A DNA stretch of 64,000 nucleotides from NCBI GenBank assembly GCA_965237775.1, contig OZ250155.1:2718682-2782681 (forward strand), written 5' to 3'. How positions within the stretch are numbered: the first letter of the stretch is position 1; the number at the start of each line of letters is the position of its first letter. The notes under the pieces are model-generated. The model was not told the DNA's origin. It was given only the letters and a program-made list of their open reading frames with translations, and searched no databases. The position numbers and the translations under genes are program-made. Source of the stretch: Dehalococcoidia bacterium (lineage in GTDB: Bacteria > Chloroflexota > Dehalococcoidia > Lucifugimonadales > UBA3495). This document shows, one piece after another, positions 29,052 through 39,134 of this stretch.

Positions 29052-29747
29052 ATGGGCCGGCTACTGGTTGTAGAGTCGCTGTTGCTCGCCTGCCTGTTGT
29101 TGCTAGCAGGTTATGTATTCTGGGAGACCCTTGGCCTGGTTCTGGGCCTCGACGGAGTGTGGCACAGCCTGATCGACGCGCGAGTATCTGACAGATCTGA
29201 TCTCGCGTTGTTTGTCCTGGTGCTTTTCGTCGTTTGCTGCTTGCCAATCGCCATCTATTGGTTCCTGCAGTTCATCGGAATGACCAGAACGTCGTTTTGG
29301 AGTGTGACCCTGGCCGCTCTGGCGCCCCAGATTCCGGCGGTTTTGTCCTACAACCAATTGGACTGGCCTTCCTTTTGGGTGGACCCCCTGTTCACCACCG
29401 GTCTATCTCCAATCATAGTGGCGTCGCTCCTCTTAGTGTCCTTGGCGCTCCTGGTTTCACTCCATCGGATCGGCGAACTCAGAAGGTTGAAGGCAAGGTT
29501 GGCTGCTCTACGCCTGGATGGGTCCGAGCAGGAAGGGGCGATTGTCAACGAGCTGTTGGTGTTGGGAGGGCTGTCAAGTTCTGCTCTCATCTTAACCGCG
29601 GCGCTCTTGTCTCTAGGAATTGCGTTCGCCCAGATGAAAGACTTGCTCGTTCTTTCACCCTGGACTGTCCTCACCGTCGGCGGGGCTGCGATTCTTCTCC
29701 TCGCGAGCGTGCTGTCACTCTGGCTGCGCCAGACCAGTGAGGAGTGA
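29052..29747 (+). CDS. Small polytopic membrane protein, last gene of the MoxR block
   Basis: 231 aa with 5-6 hydrophobic segments, starting 4 nt after the DUF58 stop. No recognisable catalytic motif. Confidence 0.5.
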   Translation: MGRLLVVESLLLACLLLLAGYVFWETLGLVLGLDGVWHSLIDARVSDRSDLALFVLVLFVVCCLPIAIYWFLQFIGMTRTSFWSVTLAALAPQIPAVLSYNQLDWPSFWVDPLFTTGLSPIIVASLLLVSLALLVSLHRIGELRRLKARLAALRLDGSEQEGAIVNELLVLGGLSSSALILTAALLSLGIAFAQMKDLLVLSPWTVLTVGGAAILLLASVLSLWLRQTSEE

Positions 29748-29874
29748 GAACACCCTAACCAAACAAGCCGCGTGGCTGGACCGCCGTCAAACCACCGGGA
29801 ACCGGGACCACTGGCCAGAAAAAGCCCCTCCCAGCAGGTGGGAGGGGCCGTGCAGTTCAGCGGATACTAGCAGC

Positions 29875-31827
29875 CTACTCTTCGTCGCCGTACTGGGCCT
29901 TCAGGGACTCCACCACCGCCGGGTCGGCCAGGGTTGTAGTGTCGCCCAGGGCCCGGCCCTCGGCTACGTCCCGCAGCAACCGGCGCATGATCTTGCCGCT
30001 CCGGGTCTTGGGAAGTTCCGCCGCGAAGTAAATGTCGTCGGGGCGGCAGATGGGACCGATCTTAGTCGCCACATGCTGCTTTAGCTCGGCGATCAGCGCG
30101 TCGGACGCGGTCACGTGTTCCTTGATAGTCACGAAGGCCACGATGGCCTGGCCTTTAATCTCGTCCGATCGCCCGATGCAAGCGGCTTCAGCCACGTTGG
30201 AGTTGTCCACAAGGGCGCTTTCGATCTCCATGGTGCTTACCCGGTGCGCCGCCACGTTGATCACATCGTCAACCCGGCCCAAAAGCCAGTAATAACCGTC
30301 CTCGTCGATCTTGGCCCCGTCGCCCGTGAAGTAGATGTCGGGGTATTTGGACCAGTACTGTTCGTGGTATCGCTCTGGGTCGCCGTATATGGTCCTGAGC
30401 ATCGAAGGCCAGGGCCTCTTGATGACCAGGTAGCCGCCACCGCCCGGCCCAACCGAGTTTCCAGCCTCGTCCAGCACGTCCACCTCGATGCCGGGGAATG
30501 CGTGAGTAGCTGAACCGGGCTTCAGGGTCGTGATTCCCGGAATAGGCGTGATCAGGATGGAGCCAGTCTCAGTCTGCCACCAGGTGTCCACCACCGGACA
30601 GCGGCCGCCGCCGATGTTCTCCCAATACCATACCCACGCCTCGGGGTTGATCGGTTCGCCGACGCTACCGAGCAGGCGGAGGCTGGACATGTCGTGCTTC
30701 TTCGGAAGGTCCTCACCCCACCTCATGAAGGTGCGGATGGCAGTGGGGGCGGTGTAGAGGATGGTGCAGGCGTACTTCTCGACAATGGCCCAAAACCGGT
30801 CGCGGTCCGGGTAATCGGGAGAGCCTTCGTACATTACTGTGGTTGCGCCATTGGCCAACGGACCATAGACAATGTAGCTGTGTCCGGTGACCCAGCCGAT
30901 ATCGGCGGTGCACCAATACACATCGTCCTCTTTCATGTCGAATACCCACTTGGTGGTGGCATAGGTGCCGGTCAAGTAGCCGCCCGTGGTGTGGACGATT
31001 CCCTTGGGCTTGCCGGTGGTCCCACTGGTATAGAGCATGTACAGCATGTCTTCGCTGTCCATGACCTCCGGCTCGCAGGTCAATGGTTGGTCCTTGACCA
31101 GGTCGTGCCACCAAACGTCGCGGCCATCCACCATCATGTCGTCGCCGGTGCCGGTGCGGCGTACCACGACTACGTTTTCCACAGGTGTGTCGCCGGTGAT
31201 CGAGTCGTCGGCGTTCTGCTTAAGGGGCACCACGTTCCCCCTCCGCCAACCGCCGTCCGCGGTGATCATGACCTTGGACTGAGAGTCGTTGATCCGGTCG
31301 CGCAAAGATTCCGCGCTAAACCCGCCAAACACGATGCTATGGGGAGCCCCGATGCGGGCACAGGCCAACATAGCAACGGGCAACTCCGGGACCATGGGAA
31401 GATATATCGTAACCCGGTCGCCCTTCTTCACTCCCAGACTCTTTAGTCCGTTAGCGAACTTGCCGACTTCCCGGTACAGGTCCTGGTAGGTATAGACCGC
31501 CCAGTCTCCCGGCTCGCCTTCCCAGATGATGGCCGCCTTGTTGCGCCGGGCAGTCTTCAGGTGACGATCGATGCAATTGTAGGAGACATTTAGCTTCCCT
31601 CCCAGGAACCACTTGGCGAAGGGAGGGTCCCAGTCGAGGACCTGGTCCCACTTCTGGAACCAATCAAGCTCCTCGGCCTGCCCGGCCCAAAAGGCCTCCG
31701 GGTCGCGGCGGGCCTCTTCGTAGATCGCGGGGTCGGGCATGTTGGCTTGTTGAACGAAGCCCTCAGGGGGCGGGAAAGACCGGTCCTCCTGCAGTAATGC
31801 TTCGATGCTTCCGGTGTTTTCTACCAT
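29875..31827 (-). CDS. acs: Acetyl-CoA synthetase (AMP-forming)
   Basis: 650 aa with the [14 protein letters not shown]-binding motif. It shows full-length similarity in pattern to Acs (WWQTETG, C-terminal SGKIMRR). Confidence 0.95.
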   Translation of the reverse strand: MVENTGSIEALLQEDRSFPPPEGFVQQANMPDPAIYEEARRDPEAFWAGQAEELDWFQKWDQVLDWDPPFAKWFLGGKLNVSYNCIDRHLKTARRNKAAIIWEGEPGDWAVYTYQDLYREVGKFANGLKSLGVKKGDRVTIYLPMVPELPVAMLACARIGAPHSIVFGGFSAESLRDRINDSQSKVMITADGGWRRGNVVPLKQNADDSITGDTPVENVVVVRRTGTGDDMMVDGRDVWWHDLVKDQPLTCEPEVMDSEDMLYMLYTSGTTGKPKGIVHTTGGYLTGTYATTKWVFDMKEDDVYWCTADIGWVTGHSYIVYGPLANGATTVMYEGSPDYPDRDRFWAIVEKYACTILYTAPTAIRTFMRWGEDLPKKHDMSSLRLLGSVGEPINPEAWVWYWENIGGGRCPVVDTWWQTETGSILITPIPGITTLKPGSATHAFPGIEVDVLDEAGNSVGPGGGGYLVIKRPWPSMLRTIYGDPERYHEQYWSKYPDIYFTGDGAKIDEDGYYWLLGRVDDVINVAAHRVSTMEIESALVDNSNVAEAACIGRSDEIKGQAIVAFVTIKEHVTASDALIAELKQHVATKIGPICRPDDIYFAAELPKTRSGKIMRRLLRDVAEGRALGDTTTLADPAVVESLKAQYGDEE

Positions 31828-31971
31828 GGTGATGCCTCCAAGATCCTATTGAAGCGGAATAAGCGCTTGCTGATCGCTATCGGGCGATCAAGGGTTCAAT
31901 CGACCAAGGGATGTCCAGCAATTTGTAACACGGGCCACGGGTTGTTGTAAACGTGGGGCTCTTCCGCCGTG

Positions 31972-32724
31972 TTACTTCGCGAACGGTTCGTTAATCAAGA
32001 CTAGCTGGGCGGAGCAAGCGTAGTCGCATCCGAAGGCCTCTCCGGACTGACGGGCGTGTTGGGTCAGGAAGTCGAAGGTTCCCAGGGCGGAGGTTCCCAG
32101 GTTCTCGAGGTATACCGCGTGTTCTCTCAGGGATGCCAACCCCGTCTCCCAAGTCGCTGAGACGTCCACGGCATGCGTCGGGGGATTGGAGCCGAACACG
32201 GCAGCGAAGCGGACTCCGTCCCAGGGAGCGTGGCCTTCAGTAAGAAGTTCAGGGGAAATCCAGCGATTGCCCGCGTCTCTGGCGGCGTCCAGAGCCGCCA
32301 GGCCAACCCAACGGTGATCTGCCATGTTGAGATGGCCCGTAGGAAACTGCAGGTGATAGTTAATAGTCAGCAATATCTCTGGCCTATGCCGCCGGATGGC
32401 CCGGCTTATGTCACGCCGCAACCCCGCGCTGTACTCGATCACGCCGTCGGGATAATCGAGGAATTCCACCGAATCCACTCCCACGACGCGGGCGCTGTTG
32501 ATCTCCTCCTGGGACCGGAGCGGACCGGCCTCCCATGGCGGCATGCTATCGATTCCCGCCTCTCCCCGGCTGGCCAGCAAATAGACGATCCGCTTGCCCT
32601 GCGTCGTCCATCGGGCCACGGCGGCAGCGGCGCCGTATTCCAAATCGTCCGGGTGGGCGACGATGGCCAGCCCAGTCTGCCAGTCTTCGGGCACAGGCCT
32701 GAGAACGTTCGGCGGCTGGGGCAT
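31972..32724 (-). CDS. PIG-L/LmbE family N-acetylglucosaminyl deacetylase
   Basis: AIVAHPDDLEYG (the HPDD zinc-site motif). Start placed at MPQPPNV; the track ORF extends to 32820. Confidence 0.75.
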   Translation of the reverse strand: MPQPPNVLRPVPEDWQTGLAIVAHPDDLEYGAAAAVARWTTQGKRIVYLLASRGEAGIDSMPPWEAGPLRSQEEINSARVVGVDSVEFLDYPDGVIEYSAGLRRDISRAIRRHRPEILLTINYHLQFPTGHLNMADHRWVGLAALDAARDAGNRWISPELLTEGHAPWDGVRFAAVFGSNPPTHAVDVSATWETGLASLREHAVYLENLGTSALGTFDFLTQHARQSGEAFGCDYACSAQLVLINEPFAK

Positions 32725-32832
32725 GAACACTCCTGTGACATGAAACTGATGGGGGCTTCGCGAGAGGGGTCCCGGGCTACCCGGTTGCGTGGACTGCTTA
32801 CACGCGAATAGCGAATGCACGCGGAGTTAGGA

Positions 32833-33564
32833 TCAGCCTCCGGGTTTCCTCAAGACATATATGATGAAGTTCGGGATGCGGTACTCGTCGTCAAACGTGG
32901 GGTTGGCGGCCAGTTGTTCATCCGAGGGCACCGGTTCCCGTATCCCTTCTAACACGAAGCCCGCATCCAGAAACGCGGAAACGTAGCTGGACAAGGTCCG
33001 GTGCATGTTGATAAACGGCCTGTCCCACCAGGTGAACTCCCGCGGGCCCTCAAGCGTGTAATCGTCTATCGCATAGAACAGCTTCCTGCCCCCCTGTGTG
33101 ACCCAACCGGCGGGTTGGCACATCCGCATGGGATGAATGTTACACACCACAAACGCGCCTCCAGGTTTCAGAACGCGGAAGGCCGCCTGTATGGATTTCT
33201 CGTAGTCGAACAGATCGACCATGACAATGTAGGAGTCAGCAAGATCGAAAGTCTCGTCCTCCAGGTCCGCCAGGTCCTCGGCGTCCCCTACGAGGTAGGT
33301 CTCACGGCCTGTCCCCAGGGCACGCGCTCTAGTTACAAAGGCGTCGGTCAGATCGATGCCGGTAACTTCCGCATCAAGGGCTGTGAGGACTCGGCAGAAC
33401 CGGCCGTCGCCGCAGCCGATGTCTATAATCCGACGTCCGGAAATTTCTCCCAGAGCGTCCAACACCCAGGAGTCGAGCATACCCGTGCGGATTGCCTGGT
33501 CCTCTCCGATCCAGTCTTCAACCGACTCCGCCCATTGCTTTTCCAAACGTCCCTTCAGGTCCAT
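32833..33564 (-). CDS. Class I SAM-dependent methyltransferase
   Basis: IIDIGCGDGRF motif I and DLADSYIVMVDLFD, with a typical Methyltransf_11/25 layout. Start placed at MDLKGRLE; the track ORF extends to 33669. Confidence 0.8.
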   Translation of the reverse strand: MDLKGRLEKQWAESVEDWIGEDQAIRTGMLDSWVLDALGEISGRRIIDIGCGDGRFCRVLTALDAEVTGIDLTDAFVTRARALGTGRETYLVGDAEDLADLEDETFDLADSYIVMVDLFDYEKSIQAAFRVLKPGGAFVVCNIHPMRMCQPAGWVTQGGRKLFYAIDDYTLEGPREFTWWDRPFINMHRTLSSYVSAFLDAGFVLEGIREPVPSDEQLAANPTFDDEYRIPNFIIYVLRKPGG

Positions 33565-33934
33565 CGCTTTTCTGTCACTCACTCTCGCGCGCACAACAAT
33601 TCGTGGAATTTTCCGTGCGGCGGGCCAATCCTGGGACCTGTGGCAAGTGGAACTAACGGCGGTCGCCACAGACCCAGCCCAGTATCAGATAGCCTGGGCT
33701 CGAAATCAAGGCGGGCTTAGAAACTATCTCAAAACCGAGTCAAGGCGATGCCTCCCCCTTTCGCAAAAGGGGGATTGAGGGGGATTTCTCTCCCTGCCGG
33801 TAGGTTAGTGGAGATTTGAGATAGTCTCTTAGTGGAGTCATCGCCATTCCCGAGGATGCCGGGGAACAAGTGATGCCTATTAGCTTGAGATCGCAGCAGC
33901 TAAACGGAACGTTGTGGCTGAAAAGAGGAGTGAG

Positions 33935-34009
33935 TGGCTCCCGAGGCAGGATTCGAACCTGCGACCTAGCGGTTAACAGCCGCCCGCTCTACCGCTGAGC
34001 TACTCGGGA
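33935..34009 (-). tRNA. tRNA-Asn (anticodon GTT), CCA encoded
   Basis: The reverse complement reads TCCCGAGTAGCTCAGCGGTAGAGCGGGCGGCTGTTAACCGCTAGGTCGCAGGTTCGAATCCTGCCTCGGGAGCCA. It has a 7-bp acceptor stem, a D-arm, an anticodon loop CTGTTAA and a T-arm GCAGG-TTCGAAT-CCTGC. Confidence 0.9.
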
Positions 34010-34471
34010 ACTTGATCTTCGGTTGCGCCTCTGGCGCGCCCTCAATTTTAGCATCAGCCGTTGGCACAAACAACCGCGCGCTGCCCTGGTGCCCTGGCGC
34101 TATGGATTCTCTTTATTGGTCCGATCCCTAGTCCATGCCACGGGCCGTGAATCCAGCCTTGACTGAGGGCCGTATATCCCTGTGTATGAAGGGTTTGGTG
34201 TTCGCGCCGTCTAAGACATAGCGCGCATTCTTCTTCCCTTCTTATAGTGGGCGCCTAACCCCCAGGCGCCCTGGACCGGGGGCTGCGCGGGTTTCGACTT
34301 TCGCAGCCCCTTCCACCAAGAACCCCGTCTTGGCCCGCGGTGGTTTGGCGTTCACCTGCGTGCCTGTAGTTCCAGCCGCGAAATCCAATCCTGTTCCTGA
34401 CGGGCGATCTTTATCAAACCATACTTGAGCCATTATTCATAGCTTTAGTAGTAATTATACATAAAGAATTA

Positions 34472-34500
34472 TTGACTATACGAGTCATCATAGCTATAAT
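34472..34500 (+). promoter_or_regulatory. Sigma-70-type promoter of cbpA-hspR-clpC with an embedded palindrome (candidate HspR/MerR operator)
   Basis: TTGACT (34472-34477), a 17-nt spacer, then TATAAT (34495-34500), in an AT-rich island ~30 nt upstream of the cbpA start. The palindrome TGACT-ATACG-AGTCA overlaps the -35 and the spacer. Confidence 0.55.
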
Positions 34501-34529
34501 GCGTTGTAAGCGCATAGGAGCCGTTAGCT

Positions 34530-35408
34530 ATGAGTAATTACTACCACCTATTGGAAATCCCTAGGACCGCGTCCCAGAACGACGTCCGTAAGTCCTACCG
34601 GCGCCTTGCCCGTCAGTATCACCCCGACGTCAATAAGGGTGACAAGTCATCGGAAGAGAAATTCAAAGAAATCAACGAGGCCTACGGCGTCCTGTCCGAT
34701 GCCGACAAGCGCCGCAAATACGACCGATATGGGGATAATTGGGAACATGCCGACCAAATCGAAGAAAATGCCGCCCGCCGCACACAGAATAATACCTTCC
34801 ACTGGTCCAACGACATGCGTTCCCAGCCGGATGTCGAATTCGATACCGACGAAGGCGGCATCTTCGACGGGCTCTTCCGCAACTTGCGGAACCACTCCCG
34901 TCAGGCGCCACCCACCGAGTACTCGGCCGAAATAACCCTAGAGGAAGCCTACCGGGGCGCGACCAGGTTAGTCGACCTGGCCGATGGGCGCAGGCTGGAG
35001 GTGAAGATCCCCGCAGGAGTCGACAACGGCTCGAGAATCCGGATTTCCCCTGATGGGAGGTCTTCCCGCGACCTGTATCTCGTAGTGTCGGTAAAGGAGC
35101 ATCCCCGAATTCAGCGTCAGGGAAGGGACCTTTATACAGAAGTGGAAACCGACCTTGAAGACGCTATTCTCGGCAACGATCTCACCGTTCCCACATTGAC
35201 CGGGCGGCTTGCGTTGACCATCCCGGCCGAGACCCAAAATGGCCGCAGGTTCCGGTTGGCAGGCCAGGGTTTGCCGTCACTGAACAACCCCGAATCGAAG
35301 GGCGACCTGTTCGTCACGATCAAGGTGAAGCTGCCCACCGGGCTGAGCGACGAAGAGCAAGTATTATTCCGCCGCTTGCGGGACCTCCGGTCCCAGAATG
35401 GAGACTGA
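34530..35408 (+). CDS. cbpA: J-domain co-chaperone, CbpA-like (no zinc-finger domain)
   Basis: YYHLLEIPRTASQNDVRKSYRRLARQYHPDVNKG contains the HPD motif. At 292 aa it has DnaJ C-terminal domains but lacks CxxCxGxG repeats. Confidence 0.9.
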   Translation: MSNYYHLLEIPRTASQNDVRKSYRRLARQYHPDVNKGDKSSEEKFKEINEAYGVLSDADKRRKYDRYGDNWEHADQIEENAARRTQNNTFHWSNDMRSQPDVEFDTDEGGIFDGLFRNLRNHSRQAPPTEYSAEITLEEAYRGATRLVDLADGRRLEVKIPAGVDNGSRIRISPDGRSSRDLYLVVSVKEHPRIQRQGRDLYTEVETDLEDAILGNDLTVPTLTGRLALTIPAETQNGRRFRLAGQGLPSLNNPESKGDLFVTIKVKLPTGLSDEEQVLFRRLRDLRSQNGD

Positions 35409-35410
35409 TT

Positions 35411-35764
35411 ATGACCAGGCTCGACCAGATCAGAGAAGAACCCTGCTTTGTGATTAGCGTCGCGGCCCGCATGGTTGGGTTGCACGCTCAGACACTCCGG
35501 TACTACGAACGGGTCGGCCTCATCTGGCCCTCCCGCACCGTGGGGAGGCAAAGGCTCTATTCCGTGGCCGACATCGAACGCCTAAACCGGATCAAGACTC
35601 TCACCGAGGACATGGGCGTCAACCTGGCGGGGGCGGAAGTGGCTATGAAACTAATGGCGCGCATCGAAGAATTGGAATCGGAGGTCCGGGAGCTCACCCG
35701 GGACATCAATGGACTCCGGTCCCGGACTCCACAGGCGGTGGGCCGCCGCAGCGCAAGCCTTTAG
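35411..35764 (+). CDS. hspR: MerR-family heat-shock repressor (HspR/CbpM-like)
   Basis: The MerR HTH reads ISVAARMVGLHAQTLRYYERVGLIWPSR. Its position between a J-protein and a Clp ATPase is typical of hspR. Confidence 0.8.
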   Translation: MTRLDQIREEPCFVISVAARMVGLHAQTLRYYERVGLIWPSRTVGRQRLYSVADIERLNRIKTLTEDMGVNLAGAEVAMKLMARIEELESEVRELTRDINGLRSRTPQAVGRRSASL

Positions 35765-35781
35765 TGACAGGAGGTGTCACG

Positions 35782-38229
35782 ATGGTATTGAGACCAGAAC
35801 AATTCACCGAACAAGCACGTGAAGTATTAGGCAACTCTCAGGAGTTGGTCCGGAATTACCGCCACAGCCAATGGGACGTGGAGCATATCTTGCTTTCGCT
35901 TCTCGATCTGGATAACGGTCTGCCCGCAAGCATATTGGCCGATCTCGATATTCAGGCCGAAGCCGTAAAAGCCCGGCTCCGCCGTTCCTTGGAGGCGGCT
36001 CCCAAGCTGTCCAACCAGAGCAACCAAATTTACCCGACGCCGCGAGCATTGGCTCTGCTAGAGAACGCCAAGGCCGAATCCGACCGCCTGGGTGACGAGT
36101 TCATAGGGACCGAGCACCTCCTGATTGCCGCCGTCAAGGACACCCAGGGAGATTCGGCGGTGATCATTGAAGAATTCGGGCTCGGGGAAGAACGGGTCTA
36201 CGAGGCGTTGAAGAGCATCCGGGGTAGCCGGCGTGTGGACGACCCCAGGGCCGAGAGCCACTACCGTTCCCTGGAGAAGTACACCATCGACCTGACCAAA
36301 CTCGCCAGTGAAGGCAAACTCGACCCGGTGGTTGGCCGGGATTATGAGATACGCCGCGTGATGCAGACTCTAACCCGGCGGCGCAAGAACAACCCGGCAA
36401 TTATCGGAGAGGCCGGGGTAGGCAAGACGGCCATAGCAGAGGGCCTAGCAGCCAGGATCGTCAGCGGCGATGTCCCTGAATCCCTGGCGGGCCGGCGCGT
36501 CCTGGCATTGGACATGGGCTCATTGGTGGCGGGCTCCAAGTTCCGCGGCGAATTCGAGGAGCGCTTGAAGTCGGTGATGGACGAAATCAAGGAGGCCCAG
36601 GGGGAGATAATCCTCTTCCTGGACGAGATACATACCATGGTCGGGGCCGGGGCAGCCGAGGGCGGCATCGACGCCAGCAACATGCTCAAGCCGGCACTGG
36701 CCAGGGGCGAACTGCAGTGCATCGGGGCCACCACAATCGACGAGTACCGCCGCTATATCGAGAAGGACTCGGCGTTGGAACGGCGCTTCCAGCCCATATA
36801 CCTCGAAGAACCCTCGGTGGAAGAGACTCTGGAGATCCTACGGGTCCTCCGCCCCCGTTACGAAGCGCATCACAAGGTAACAATAGACGACTCGGCCTTG
36901 AGCGCCGCGGCAAAGCTCAGCGACCGTTACATCGTCGACCGCCACCTGCCCGACAAAGCAGTGGACTTCATCGACGAGGCGGCCAGCAAGCTGCGCATAG
37001 ATTCGGAGAGCCTGCCCTCAGACCTCAAGGAAACCGAAGACCGAATCCACAGGTTGGCCGACCAGGAGGAATCAGCTTCCCAACGCTCGGAATACGAGCG
37101 AGCGGCCCAGTTGCGCACCGAGAGGCTGCGGCTGGAGGAGGAGTTCCGGCAGAGAAAACAAGAAATTCTGGGCGGCCGGGTCCTGGACATGGTAGTAGAC
37201 GAGTATGACATCGCTGAACTCCTGTCTAAGTGGACCGGAATCCCAGCAGGGAGGATGCTGGAGGGTGAGGGTCAACGCCTGGTCAACATGGAAGAAGGTT
37301 TGCACCAGCGGCTCATCGGCCAGGAAGACGCTGTGAGCGCGGTGTCGGAAGCTATCCGCCGCTCCAGGTCTGGCCTCAGCGACCCTAGGCGCCCTATTGG
37401 AAGTTTCATCTTCCTCGGGCCAACCGGCGTCGGTAAGACCGAGCTGGCGAAGGCCCTCGCGGAATACCTGTTCGACGACGAAAGCAACATGGTGCGCGTC
37501 GACATGTCCGAGTACATGGAGAAGCACACGGTCTCACGGTTGATCGGCGCCCCTCCCGGCTACGTCGGATACGATGAGGCGGGGCAATTGACCGAGGCAG
37601 TGCGCCGGCGGCCCTATCGGGTGGTCCTGTTTGACGAGATAGAGAAGGCCCACCCCGACGTTCTGAACATTCTCCTTCAGATACTCGAGGACGGGAGGCT
37701 CACCGACGGACACGGCCGCACCGTTGATTTCCGCAACACGGTTATTATAATGACCAGTAACCTCGGGACCGAAGGGCTCCGGCGTCGATCGTTCGGTTTC
37801 CGCGCGGATTCCGAAACTAAAAGATCGAACGAACAAGAGTTGCGAGACTCGGTCCATGACGCCCTGAAGAGGTCGCTCCGCCCTGAGTTCTTGAACCGGA
37901 TAGATGAGACCATCGTATTCCAGCCTTTGACACAGGAGCAGATCATCCAGATGGTGGGGCTCATGGTCCAGGACGTCCAGGGGCGGTTGAAAGGCAAAGG
38001 CATCACCTTCGACCTGACACCCGATGCCTCCCGTTGGCTGGCGGCGGAAGGCTTTGATCCCGAGTACGGAGCGCGTCCGTTACGCCGTGCGGTCCAGCGC
38101 CACTTGGAGAACGCACTGTCTAAGCGAATTCTGACCGGTGAACTTAGGGAAGGGGACCACGTGGTGGTAGACGCCGATAGCGAGGGACTGGTATTGGCCG
38201 TCCCAGAGCCCGCGGCCCAAACGGCCTAG
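35782..38229 (+). CDS. clpC: Class I Clp/Hsp100 AAA+ ATPase, ClpC-like
   Basis: Two Walker A sites ([18 protein letters not shown]) are spaced ~337 aa apart, which is ClpC-like rather than ClpB-like. There is a short UVR-like linker ([17 protein letters not shown]) and an N-terminal Clp_N repeat. An AGGAGG precedes the ATG at 35782; the track start is 35764. Confidence 0.85.
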   Translation: MVLRPEQFTEQAREVLGNSQELVRNYRHSQWDVEHILLSLLDLDNGLPASILADLDIQAEAVKARLRRSLEAAPKLSNQSNQIYPTPRALALLENAKAESDRLGDEFIGTEHLLIAAVKDTQGDSAVIIEEFGLGEERVYEALKSIRGSRRVDDPRAESHYRSLEKYTIDLTKLASEGKLDPVVGRDYEIRRVMQTLTRRRKNNPAIIGEAGVGKTAIAEGLAARIVSGDVPESLAGRRVLALDMGSLVAGSKFRGEFEERLKSVMDEIKEAQGEIILFLDEIHTMVGAGAAEGGIDASNMLKPALARGELQCIGATTIDEYRRYIEKDSALERRFQPIYLEEPSVEETLEILRVLRPRYEAHHKVTIDDSALSAAAKLSDRYIVDRHLPDKAVDFIDEAASKLRIDSESLPSDLKETEDRIHRLADQEESASQRSEYERAAQLRTERLRLEEEFRQRKQEILGGRVLDMVVDEYDIAELLSKWTGIPAGRMLEGEGQRLVNMEEGLHQRLIGQEDAVSAVSEAIRRSRSGLSDPRRPIGSFIFLGPTGVGKTELAKALAEYLFDDESNMVRVDMSEYMEKHTVSRLIGAPPGYVGYDEAGQLTEAVRRRPYRVVLFDEIEKAHPDVLNILLQILEDGRLTDGHGRTVDFRNTVIIMTSNLGTEGLRRRSFGFRADSETKRSNEQELRDSVHDALKRSLRPEFLNRIDETIVFQPLTQEQIIQMVGLMVQDVQGRLKGKGITFDLTPDASRWLAAEGFDPEYGARPLRRAVQRHLENALSKRILTGELREGDHVVVDADSEGLVLAVPEPAAQTA

Positions 38230-38276
38230 ACCAGGATGGACCCTGGCCTGCCCAACAGATACCCGGGATAAATATT

Positions 38277-39134
38277 TTGGAACACAAGACCGTCAATCTG
38301 GACGGCGTAAATGTCCATTACGTGGAAGCTGGGGAAGGGCCTCACCTGGTCCTGGTCCACGGGCTGGGAGCGTCCCACGTTACGTGGTACGAGAATATTC
38401 AGCCACTGGCCGACGCCGGCTTCCATGTCCTCGCTCCCGACCTGCCCGGGCACGGGGACTCGGACAAACCCAAGTCTATCAACTACGACCCGCCGGCTGG
38501 CGCTAACCTCCTTGATAGCTTCCTAAAGGCGATAGACGTGCGGCGGGCGGCCCTGGTGGGCAACTCCGCTGGAGGCTTGGTGTCGGCCCTATACGCCCTG
38601 GACCATCCGCACCGGGTAGACCGGCTGATCCTGGTCGCTGCCGGGGGACTGGGCCGCGAAATGACCTGGTTCCTGCGGTTATGCTCCCTACCCGTACTCG
38701 GCGAAATCGTATACCAGCCCTGGCTCCAGAGTATGGGGCAACTCAACCGGAAGATGCTGTTTCACCGTCCCCCCGACTCCGCTGACGAGGTCTTTTCGGA
38801 GTTGGACCGGGTGCGATCGCTGCCCGGCTCCCGGCAGGCGACCCTGCGCTCGATTCGTTCCAGCATCAATTACTGGGGACTGCGGGAGCAGCGTTTCATC
38901 CTTGACCGTCTCTCTCAACTAACGATGCCGGTCCTGACCGTCTGGGGCGAAAACGATCTGATCCTGCCCGTTGAGCACGCATCTTCGGTCCGGGACGCTC
39001 TGCCCTCCAGCCTGGTCAAGATCATTCCCGAGTGCGGCCACTGGCCCCACATGGAAAAGGCGGACGAGTTCAACCAGTTGCTTACCCTGTTCATGGAAGG
39101 GTCGCTGGACCAAGAACCTCATTCCGTCAATTAA
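38277..39134 (+). CDS. Alpha/beta-fold hydrolase
   Basis: LVLVHGLGASH, the nucleophile elbow GNSAGG, and a C-terminal CGHWPHME histidine motif. Confidence 0.8.
   Translation: MEHKTVNLDGVNVHYVEAGEGPHLVLVHGLGASHVTWYENIQPLADAGFHVLAPDLPGHGDSDKPKSINYDPPAGANLLDSFLKAIDVRRAALVGNSAGGLVSALYALDHPHRVDRLILVAAGGLGREMTWFLRLCSLPVLGEIVYQPWLQSMGQLNRKMLFHRPPDSADEVFSELDRVRSLPGSRQATLRSIRSSINYWGLREQRFILDRLSQLTMPVLTVWGENDLILPVEHASSVRDALPSSLVKIIPECGHWPHMEKADEFNQLLTLFMEGSLDQEPHSVN

Noticed and set aside
33717-33832. Nested inverted repeats between the methyltransferase gene and tRNA-Asn. The outer repeat has an ACTATCTCAAA / TTTGAGATAGT core, the inner hairpin is CCCCCTTT-CGCA-AAAGGGGG, and a GGGGGATT direct doublet is also present.
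   Set aside because: This could be a MITE-like relic or a terminator for the tRNA transcript. There is only one copy in the window, no target duplication and no recognisable family, so it is not enough to call an element.
34249-34310. Two strong GC hairpins between tRNA-Asn and cbpA (GGGCGCC-N9-GGCGCCC and GGGGCTGCG-N14-CGCAGCCCC). The second resembles a tmRNA 5' end (GGGGCTG...GGTTTCGAC).
   Set aside because: No tag-reading frame, pseudoknot region or T-arm/ACCA 3' end follows before the cbpA promoter and gene begin (~34470), and the motif is just a symmetric hairpin. It may be a small structured RNA or a terminator, but I cannot support any specific RNA family.
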